The notes below the pieces were generated by a model. That model saw nothing but the letters and a program-made list of their open reading frames with translations. It ran no database searches and was not told where the DNA came from. Below, in pieces: positions 33,001 to 45,000 of a stretch of DNA of 64,000 nt. Position 1 is the stretch's first letter. Each line of letters starts with the position of its first letter. The stretch lies in the NCBI GenBank assembly GCA_051294905.1, contig CM119374.1, positions 9,362,001 to 9,426,000 on the forward strand. The letters are read 5' to 3'. Source of the stretch: Botryllus schlosseri. Lineage: Eukaryota. A program made the translations under genes and the position numbers.

Positions 33001-36000
33001 AGGTTGGGGACCGCTCTATACAGATTAAGTGGTTCATGAATCACCTACAATTCTTCGTATAAATGGTTTCAAAATATCAATCGCTTGAAGCTAGCAATAC
33101 TTTGAGCGGTCCACATCTCGTAAAACGTAACTTGTAAGTGAAAGTGTGTCCCGTTCTTTTGCTAGTGTTAAATAAGAAAACTACATCGCGTGCTTATGAA
33201 ATGTTGGCATTTTTCAACACAGTGAACAGGAATGTACAAATACAATAAGAACAGAAATCTCGTAAAATAACAAGAGGCATTACGTAATCAAACGTGCCGA
33301 TAGGAAGATCAAGAATTCGTTATAAGCATGAATTATCGTGAGACACGTTTCTACGAAAATCCAAATTCCACAAAAAATGGGATTATAGGCTCCATGACCA
33401 AGTTATCAAGAGAGGTATTCACTTTTAATTCCGGAGATGCACCGAAGACGATAAAACGATGAATAACATATTTTTTGAGTAAACAGATATAGTGTGATTG
33501 ATAGATTCCAGTTCTAAACTCTTAAGTATTTATATAGGCGATTGTGACGGATGCATACATTCGGATGATGCTACGGACATCGTGATTGGAAGACTATTGG
33601 ATTAGTAGGCGTGAAGCCAGTACTTTCCATTCCGAACTATTACAAGTAGAATAGCGAATACCAAATATACCAAAACTACATCAAGCAGAAGTAGAATCTG
33701 AGATGTCTCAAAAGTACTGAAGTATGAGCAGTTTGAAAAACCAGATTTGAATGAGCCGTCGCGTGCTTTTAATCGTAGTCGACCGTTTTTGGTCCCTTTA
33801 TTCGTAAAAGTGATGCAAACCTGCTGAAAAACTACTTTCTACTCTCCAAAACCTAACGTGTACTAAATAAAGTGTCGTTTCAAAAGCTGTTACGTCAGTG
33901 ATTCTAATCGATTTTAGCGCTCGTAACCCGATAAAATGTCTCGTACCTCCTGTCCATTTTCGACATAGCTTCTGATGGTTGCTATATTAAGATGAATAGC
34001 GCGAAAACAATTTTGTTGTTGAATAAAATTCTGCCAGAAAATATTTCAATTTTGTTGGATTTCAAAATATTTTTGGGCTATAGATACCGTATGTAGCTGC
34101 TGAACCCTTAACCCTTACTTTGTTTCAGGTTGTGTTAGCCAGAGAAATAGAAACCGAAATCGAATTTGCAAGTAAGATTTGGTACTTTCATTGACATTTT
34201 TATGATTCCCGGATAAATTAAAGTTCAGCATAAATTTCCGAGTGAGTAGTCATAAGTTTAAATCCTTATAGTTTAATCAAATGAACTTTCATACTATGAT
34301 ATCCTTCTTCCGATCACAGTCAAAATAATCGAGAAGAGGTCTCTGGAGAAAAGCAGTAGGAAAACGCAATTCGAAAAGGAAAAGGACATCATTGCATTGA
34401 TCGACCACCCGTTCTTTGTCAAACTTCATTACACCTTCGAAGATACAAAGAGATTATGTATCCTTTTTGGCAATGATTGACGCCCAACAATTCGCGACAT
34501 TATAGATTACACACCTGTATAATCACGCCAGAATTTCTTCTCTAATTTCGAAGATAAATAATGTCATCACCTAATCTGACCACAAAACCACACAGTTACA
34601 ACGTAAACACAGGATTCATTTCGGTGTACATAACGGAAGTTATTATTCTCGCGAGAGAGAATACAGAATCACTTACACGCCATGACACAATCCATTACGC
34701 ATGCGTGACGAAACCATTGTGTGAACATGTGAACCGGCATGAATGAAAGATGACAATGATCATATTCGGACAAAGTACCATGATTCCGGCATATTTGGCC
34801 GTGGTAGGCTCCACAGTTGCAACACCGATGTCTTGCGAGTTCGAGTCCGACAGAGGTCGACTATATAATTCCTATCTAATAGTATCACAGGTATATCAAG
34901 GTCCCTTACAGCCGCCCGATCCACGTCAGCCTAGAACGAATGGGAGCCGTTCTTGAAATCGGCAACAACAGCCACAGCCGACAAGCAACAGCTTAAGCTC
35001 AATAGAAATTTGGTCGATTCTATCAATAACGTGTGTACTTACATATTGATTTTTCACTATATTCAATCTGCTAATCGTAGTAACTCCATTGATTTCGAAT
35101 ATAGGCGTGGCTAGAATAGAAATCCTGTTATCCGTGATACTTTAAATTTATTACACGTAGATCTTGTAATGGTTCCTAATCTTTATTATCCTGGGTAACA
35201 CCGACGCCAATCTGCAAGCCTTCTCAGAACCACAAATTCCCGCTTAGACATTAAAACTAAAATCTTCCACAATACATGTCAAACTTCACATATAATACAT
35301 CGCTATAGATTACTGGTACATAAAATGAACCGTGCATCTACACCAGGGGTGGGCAGTTTGAGAACCACTGTCATATAGTGACCGAAGAAATATGGAGATA
35401 ACATATAAGTGGATCGTCCTGCTGCACTATATAAAATTGGGATTATAAACCAAAACGCAATATTGGCATTTGATGATATAGTAAGGATGTGCAAGTTATA
35501 TATATATTTTTATTTAAAACCAACCAACCATTGATTTGAGAATATGGTACACGAATCAGAAACTCTGGCGATATTTGATAAGGTGCTGGTCAACCTCAAT
35601 ATAACCTATTTTTTTAAAACTAGAGATGAAAAGTCGTTAATCTCGATTCTTAGAACAGGATGGAGATTTGAGTCTGTGTGCAGTGATCTGCTTGTAGATT
35701 TGCTGATTCTACTTTTGGTTCAACTCCAGGACACACAATGCTGACAGCGTCATAACCATGTTAGCTTCAAATATGATGTATAGAGATTTTATAGATATAA
35801 ATACTTCTGCACATATAGAGAACGAATCTATCTACGACATGCGCGAATCGGTTTTTACAAGTAGGCTACAGCACGAAAAGTAATACACTTGCTGGAGTAA
35901 TCAATGTAAAATTACACTCGTGATCTCATAGTCATTCCCATTTTGACTTTTTTTAATGTCTAGCAATTGAAACCTTTTAAAATGCGTGGACCTTTAGGTC

Positions 36001-39000
36001 GGGCTATCGCACCAGCAATGAAATATGAATGTACTAGTAAGGATATAACTTATAATTATCATGGTGAAATATAATGAGAAACAGTCTCTCCGAGTCCCTC
36101 CAGAAATTAGATCTTTACTGCGCATTTTTTCAATATTTTAAATATCATTCATGAGCCTTTCGCGGGCCGCATGCGGCCCGCGGGCCGTAGTTTGCCCACC
36201 TCTGATCTACACAATGGCAAATATCATACTATTAAAATATAATTTTAACGTAATATTGTCTCCCAGGTTACGTAGTAGTGCGACCAGATATATCTGCAAT
36301 ATATTTTTTGAGTAATGTGGTCTGTATACGATCGTTTAGCCTTCGCTTTTCACATATGTGAATAAAATAGTATTATTTCTATTTTCCTTGAAATCGCGCC
36401 TTACTGCGCACTTTTTGCCCTCGCCCGAACGTTGGGATTCAATGTTCGTGCCACAGACTTGTGACTGACTAATAGTGACCATAGCGAGAATGAACAGGAT
36501 TGTAATCGGGCATATATGTTTGAAATGCCTTGGCAGTAGCAAACTAAATCACGCTTTTATGGTATTAATTCTGTATGATTTAATAGCAACCTGATCGCTA
36601 CTCAGCAAACCCCTACACCTACACTACGTTACCGGTAATTGAAAACGTAGTCCAAACGGAGATACAACTACAGTGGGGTGTGCTAACCGACAATACATAC
36701 TGCACGAAAGGTTTGGTACGCAAGGTTACTGTTACTAAGAACCAGTGTTGGGATGACTCGAGTCAACTTTTTCGTATGACTTGACTTGACTCGAGTCACT
36801 TTGCAAAAATAACTTGAATTGACTTGACTCGGCGCTCCAGAAATGTGGATTGTCTCGTGACTCGGAGCAAAATTTTCGAGTCAATTTCAAGTCATTAAGT
36901 AAACGGTGTCGATTAAATCACACTATCTTATGTATATTCGGGTTGTTTGCATACGCCGATGTCAACCAGCCATTCACTGATTTCACTGATCCTCCATTGT
37001 TACATCACAAATAAATAGACGATGAAATGACATATTTCTCCCTTTTCGAGTTATAGTAATGTGCGAAAGTGTAGATTATGGCCGCTTACATCTACCAGAC
37101 GCATAATTCGTCAACAACAGGAAGTTTATCTGACCGAAGCATCATTCGGCATTTACACATGTAAATTGATGCTACCTCGCTACATTTGGACAAATTTCAA
37201 ATTCTTCCTATTTTCTGTCGGCCTAATGTAGCCTACATTTCAAGGAGGTGCAGCATTGCTTTTACTGTCACCAGTTCACTGCTCATTAATTTTAGTGCGT
37301 GATGTTTAATTCTTGGGTTCGTAACGTCCCCCAATAGCAAGTCTTTACAAAACAACTTCTTACCCAAATATATTGGAGGGAGCCATTTTAAATGGTGCGA
37401 ATATAGATTTCAGGTTATGGGGAATGAAGAAAAAAAGGTTGCACCAATCTTCTAATTTGACAATACAATTATTTTATGTAATTTTGTAAGTGATGTTGCT
37501 GCTAGCAGTGTGTTACCACACTAGATTTAGGCTACATGACATGAGATTCTGTTGTGATCCCCAAATATTCCCGTGTGTATATATTATACGTTCCAACGAA
37601 TCTTAGTTTTATAGACGGCTGAGTGCTTACATTGCGCAGTGCTCACTTTAACCAACCCTCTTTCATGATTTAAATCGAACGAATATAGTTTATGCGTTTA
37701 TATTCTCACTAATGTGTAGATGGGTAGCGTATTGTACCACATAAAATTGTTCAACTTCTCGAGGCTGCGTATCCGATCCTCTATATTGACTGATAATAAA
37801 AGATGTATAGTATGTACCTATACAGTTACTCGCTATTTTATTAACGTGTACGTGTGCGGGAGCGATACAATACCTTTTTTGCTTGAATATTTACCTTTAT
37901 ATTCGTTATTTCATTCAAGATAAATGGTTAATTAATATGCCTTTCACCCAATCAGTAAAAGGTGAGGACCTTCTATCATCACTCATACTTCGAAAATTGA
38001 ATATGACTTGAATCGTGACTGGACTTGACTTGACTCGTCTTGACTCGAGTCACCTCCAAAAATCGAGTGACGTGACTTGACTCGAGTCAAAATGTGCAAT
38101 GACTCGAGATGACTCGTGACTCGAAGGTAGTGACTTGATCCCAACACTGCTAAGAACCATAATCCCCAGACCCAAGCTCCAGCATACACATGGGCCTACA
38201 AATAGCTGTCTGCAGCAGATCGAAGTGACATTTACGTATTGCATCCAACTATATGGAACAGCGTAGCCATGCAGGAAATTGTTTGTTTTGTTCTATTCAC
38301 AACATTGGCGCTTATCGCCTATAAGGTAATTTGCGCCCAGCACAGTAATTTCATTAAGATCAAAGTCTTCTGCGGTCTTTATTGTCATATTACCGACGGC
38401 TTCCATTCTCACGCTCGCCCACCATCGGTCACTCTCATTTTTCGTGCATCCGTAATCTTCAGTCTTTGCTGTCGACTTTTTGGCTCGGCTCACTTCGGCC
38501 TTTTCATACACTGCAATCGCAACGAGGATTGCGATGAGGAGCCCAGATTCGAACCCCTTCCATTTGTGTTGTGACACTCTTAACCAACTGCGCCACTGGC
38601 TTCCCTGTGCCGGAAATTAATTTTGTTTTCTGATCCCGATCCATTCCGTCATGGCTTGATGGTTATATTATGTTCAAAGGTGAATTCCTTAGTTCTTCAA
38701 TTATAGACTTTTGCCTGAGTTTCGCCAGTGGAGGTGACTTACTGTCATACATTGAAAGTAACGGAGGCTTGAGTCGAAACTGTGCGAAACACTATGCCGC
38801 GGAGCTGGTTCTTGCGTTGGAATACCTACGGAAACTTAACGTTGTTCACAGGTGATACTAGTTCCCATGAAAGACTGCGAGGAAGCAGTCAATGCTTTTT
38901 ATGTGTATAGGCTTCCTGAGATACAAGACTTGATCATCGAAAGAAGCAATATGTCCAATCACTCATACTGCCAAAGTCGTTCCACTGGATGCTTTTCGAC

Positions 39001-42000
39001 TGACTCTCATCTGATGAACCCAACTTGAAATATAGAAAAACATTGTCTTGGTAACGTATTAGTTACGAGTTTTGAGACTCGTGAGCTACCCAATTTGCCA
39101 TTTAAATATGCTCCGCGACGCAACTCTGAAATTAGTAAGCTATTGACTACAAAAGGTCAACACCTTCGCCCAACCCTACTGCCGCCCTTTTGGGTGAGCT
39201 GAATGCTATACCAACAATCAGCTCCTCCGCTAACACCGGATAAATGCAAACGAACCACCGGGGTCACAACACTCTGGTTGAAAACCAATGCTACAACAGA
39301 AAAGAGACCGATTCAGATATAAAATAACCGAATATCTACACGGCACTAATGAAATATTAACAAAATAGCCAGAGATGTCCTTTATGTCGCCAGATTATCG
39401 GATGCTGCACCTATATAATGATGGACTCAAGAACCTTTAAATGAAAAAGGGAGCGATCATGAGCAAGGACAGAAAACTAATTGTTATTCCCACTATAGTA
39501 TTGGCACATTCGGAGTTTTTTGGGGGTGTTGTCCAATGGGAAAGTTGCAAGCCGCTATATTATCAAAGTCGCGCATGACAACTATAGACTGCGATGATTG
39601 ATCAACCACATTTACTGACCTTTGACCTTAATGAGAATCAGTTGAAAAGCTTGGAGTGGAATAAATTTGACAACATTAATGTATTGTTTGTTTCGATTTT
39701 CATATGTACGTTCGTAATGTTTAGTTTTGACTATTGAGCATGTCAGATGTTATGATACACAGTTCGCTAGGCTATATGACGCGTTGGGAATATGGAGAGG
39801 ATCGGTATCTGCAACTATTGCGACGAGAATGAGACGTCTGCAGATGCTGGTTGGCCATGTTCAGTTCATGCATTCGATCATGTGGCTAACACATTCATAT
39901 ACCAACTCCTACAGAGTTATATATCAGGACAAACTATTATTCACACCTGTTGACGAAAATCCAAATCTCACAATGATCTCCACTTTTCAAGGAACTTTCA
40001 TTCATTTTATATTACAGTGATTTCCGGTCACGAAGCATCTTACCTACAAATTATTCGTGTACAATTGGCATGTTGTTTTCAGAGATCTGAAGCCAGAAAA
40101 TGTCCTTCTGACTTCTGACATGCACATCAACATTAGCGACTTTGGGGGTGCTGTGAAGTTCAAACGGGAATCGAAGAAGGACTATAAAAGTATGTCTAAA
40201 TTATATTGTAGGCGTATTTGTTTCAAACTTTCTTGTGAACAGCAAACATATTCATGTTCACATGTATCGCAGTGACTAGCAATATCGAAGTCCATAATGT
40301 TGAGCAATGATTATAGTCATATGTAATGGATTCATAATCCTATTTGGATTTTATTTGTGGCGAGTTCGTATGGTCGCGTCACTCATTCTCATATTTACTT
40401 GAAATTGTGACCGTACGTGTCTTAAGCAGTATCGTACTATTCAGTGAAATGTGGTCAGGGGAAGCAAGTGAGCCAGTGTCTCACCGGTAACCGGGTTGAG
40501 TAAAAGAAAATTATGACTCCTTCAACGATGGCAACACCAATAATTAAAAGTATTAACCATCAATATTCATGAATGGCCGTCCTAACCTCATCTGTGATAG
40601 CGCAATTCATCGTGAACGGCTCAGAATTTGTAATAGATCATATATATCGCGAATGCTATTGTCACACTGATTGTGGAAATCTAAATACTAATAATGTCAG
40701 CAAACCAGAACGCCTGAAAGTCTCCAAGGAATGCGAAATTTGGCATTGTTACGAACAACGGCGGCACAGACGACCAATGACCAAATGAGACACAGATGGG
40801 TTTGCCTCACCTATACTCAAGGGTTCCCATCGACATGGATCCAAAAATAAGGACACTCGAAAAATTAGATTAGCATTGAAATAGCGTTTTGTAAATACTT
40901 TGTATTTTTACGATCCGTAGCATATCATATTTCATACTTTTTGCCAGAAACAATCTGCTTCAGCAACTCTTGTTTATAAAAAGTGCTTCATTGATCTCAC
41001 GACAGCTCAGGTCTAGGTTTACCTTTAATTGTAACTGGGTTTTGACTGTCATTTCACTAAGTCTGTTCCATTCATTGAAACCCTTCGCCGAAACAAGAGA
41101 GAACATGACTTAACTACCCAAATAATTTCAAATAACTTGCACATAAATGCAACTTTTTACTGCAACTTTGTGAAAAGCAACTTTTTACTGCAACTTTAGT
41201 GAAAAATAAATGCAACTTTCCACGGATTTGACTGTAACAAGAACTGGCCCTGGTAATCAGTATTTTGTCTGGGTTATGATGAGTGCAGTATCGTATTGAG
41301 TAGCTCGCCTCGCGCAACTGTTTTCTGATTATATCGACGAGGTCGCGTGGATTCGCCTAATTACTAATTATTGGGGCGTTTGAGCATTTTGTACGATGTG
41401 ACCGCCACCTCGTAAATATAGTGATGAGGTGGCGCACGTAACCTCGCAAGTTGGTGCCTATGCTACCGTTTACTGCTAAAATGATGTCCTCTGCGATGGT
41501 AGGCTACAGCTCAAACTGTTATACCACGCACTGCCCTAGCCATCTCACCACTTAGAAGTCATATCCTGTGGTGTGTACGCCACGGGAATTCCGTTCATTT
41601 ATAATGTGAAAAGGTCTTGACGCAAAATGGAGAATTTTAGAATATTATGCAACACAGATACCAGAGGAAAACGATCGAAGTTCTGCAGTTGTTAAAAATA
41701 AGACAAAAGAAAGACGCAAGTTGAAAACAAGGACATTTCTGAGAAATAAGAGCAGCTGGGTTTTCTAAGACCTGGCCCTTTAAAATAAAGACGAATCTTA
41801 GAAATAAGGACGGTATGGCAACCCTGCCTATACTATTAGCTGACTATCCGACAATCCCAGCGCAGTTACAAAATGCGCAATGTACTTCGCAAATCGCCAG
41901 CGTAGTATGAATGATGTATTTATAGTTGCGATGCCCAACATGTTGTGCAGAGCAAATATATTCCCTCACTGATCTAGAAGTTATGTATTTTCTACTTTTA

Positions 42001-45000
42001 CCTATGCCTTCAATTGTTGATATGTACAGGACATTTTTTCGCATATCCTGCGTGTGAAGAGTGATAATGTAATCAGAAAGAAATCTCTAACTAAATCTGC
42101 TACCATATCGGGTATATATGTTTTTTTTATATATATATTTGTAAATCAGACTATAACGAGTCAGTGCCTCACATGAATATCACCGGACATCACTAGTATT
42201 ACTATGTAGGCCTAATACCTTATACGCAAAGTCGTCGTATCGGCAGACAGATACGCAAATTTCGATGTGAAGTTTGGTAGTTTTCACCATGACAATTCCG
42301 TTAGGACTGATCATCAAACTGGACTTGATAGTTCTGATACTTAGGCCTATGTTTTATTGTGACTGAGCGAGTAGGCTATGTAAATATGAAAAAATTATTC
42401 CTTCAAATACTTTAATTCAGAGGCTCTACCGGGAAGCGGCTCATCAAATTATGCAGCGCCAGAAGTAGTCAACACGAAAACATGCAATTTCAAGTAAGCA
42501 TTCATTTTATTCGACTAACCTTCTGCACTATAGGCACAGTGATGTGGCAGTCACTTGGCGATTCTGGCTCTGAGCCAGGGGCGGCAGGCTGCAAGGGGAT
42601 GGGAAAATAGGGCTGCACAGTGCACACAGCACAGAGAGAGTGCTGATCACGAGCTACAGCGTTACATGTTTAACAGTAGTTAGCTAAATTACACTAACTT
42701 GATTCGACACCATATTTATGCTTGTGTCTGAAATATTATTATACCATTGGTGTCTCAATTACGAGTTGTCAGAGGAGTTACTCCAAGCCGAAAATGATAA
42801 ACTCGTATATTTACGTTCTACCATGAATGACGATCGGCTATCAACTCTACCGATTCTTTCTGTAGATTAAGAGACTACGTTCCAAAACATGATTTTGAAG
42901 ATAATATCCCTGGTTTTGCTTCGGTGAAACCTCGAAAGGTTCAATTTTGAGGCAGCTATTGATCTTCATTTGCACATTTGCTAGAGATTTTTTGTCTTTT
43001 ATTTTTGGTCTTAGTGCTAAGGCAGTGAGGCTTCTTTCTTAAGCGATATGCAACTGCTGAGACGCATAACATTATTTGTAATTGTTTTTATGAAAACATA
43101 GCTTGAACGTGAAACTATTTTAAAATTTGCTATATTCTACTTGGTGCGGCATTTCCAGCGAAAGCCAGGGGCGGCAGAATAAGCTCCTACACCACTATAT
43201 AGGCGGACTGCAATCAATGATTATTATAAACCGCTTCAAATCAGTTTGGATGTAACTTCTTTCAATTCGGATCTCTCTTATATCAGGTCATATGATTCGG
43301 GCGGATCATCAGGAATGGTCACACCGATCTCATTTTGTAATTTGTCATTGTACAAAGCTGTGTCCAGATGTGGTCAGTAGCGAAGTACTTACACTTATCC
43401 TTATACACTTATACTTGTACTTTTTACTGAACTGGTTATGTTTTTAAACCACTCCCACTTGTACCGGCCAGCTTCTAGGCAAAACTGCATACTTTGTACA
43501 CTATGAGATTTTCGAAGTATATGATAGTGTTGTTATATGTTGGCCTGCCTTTATGAGTAATAGCGACATCATGATCGGTTTGAAGAGACCCTATATCACG
43601 CACAATTAACATATTTTCATAAATACTTTCTATTTGTGGTGTCATTGGTCATTATACTTTGGTCGCGAAGATGCACCCGGGAATTTGGAAAGTGGCCAAC
43701 TCCGATGAGCTGCTCAAGTCATGCGACCAATCGGCCAATCTACTTTCGACGTGTATTTCAAATTGTTACTTTTACCTTTAATTGCTGCCTCTACTTGAGT
43801 AGCAACTCCGGCTACTTCGACCACGCGTCTTCTGAAATCCAAGCCAGGGGCGGGCAACTTCTCCTGTCGGCGGGCCGGATATACGAAAATTAGGAACTTG
43901 GCGGGCCGGATTGCTGAAGATTATTCGCCCATTTATCCATATATACAAGGAATAAATCGTATTTAATCAATGAATTTCAACGACAGCAATGTAACTTCAA
44001 AGCCATTTCTCGCCAATAATGACGAAGACAATGTGGACTTGAGAACAGCATTGTCATACAGGCACCACCATGTCTGTTTCTCTCTGATCAATCAACACAC
44101 GGTGAAATCTTTAATTAAGACTTCAAGGCGTTCGATAAGCCCGGAACCCCAAATGTACCAAGATATTAATTCATTAGGGTTTAGTAGGTGACGAGATAGC
44201 GAGGTTGTTCAACTGTGCGGCCTATTTTATCTCGATATTCAATTCATGCGGTCGAGGCCTCTACGAAATTTGAAAGTGGCCCAGACCCGTGTTGTGTTGG
44301 CGACCCCTGGCATAAGCGATGTCTTACAGAAGCCTAGAAGTGTGCCGTGCTGCAAGTCGACGGTTACGGAATCAAAAATAAGAAATATCGGTCTGGTGTA
44401 AATGACCATTGTAGTCGACAAAAACCATGATTACCACAAATGCCATTTGGGTTGAGTACATCGTAAATGCCGATAAGGCGATAAGTCTTCTCGATTCGAC
44501 GAACTTACGCGTATAAGCTCCACCCTCGCTCGCTGCGCAGTGTGCATGCATGTGTATAATGAGTAATGACATACAGGCACTAAAATTTGACGTATGTAGC
44601 CTAAGCAAGTAGTGGGGAATCTCGGAAGACTGGGGCCGCGGGCCCCTTTATCTTGTAAGACGGAAAAATGTCCGCCGGCCGTATGTTACCCACCCCCTAT
44701 CTAAGCGATATGAACATGCACCACACACACCTATTTTATATTAATCATATATAACTGGTGCATGATCACTGATCACACTGTGGGTCTAATAAGTATATGC
44801 CGGGTTCGGTTGTATATGCTGCTGATTAGGCTTACATTCACGGTAAAATAATCACAATCTTGTTATTTCAGCTCAGATTTATGGTCTCTAGGATGCATAT
44901 TATACCATATGTTATCCGGCAATCCCATAATCGAAGAATCCGTGAATAACGAAAACTATCACAAAATCATTAAAACGAAGCTGAAAAGACCAGACGTAGC

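Larger units (their letters stand above)
34458..38706 (+). other. U12-type (minor spliceosome) GT-AG intron
   Basis: 5' site GTATCCTTT is an exact U12 consensus; branch-like TTCCTTAG at 38685-38692, about 15 nt before the AG; weak polypyrimidine tract. Confidence 0.85.

Noticed and set aside
34030-34128. Possible first PDK1 exon ending at GTATGT (34089)
   Set aside because: Would need a 40-nt intron and gives a poor match; 29952-30017 matches PDK1 far better.
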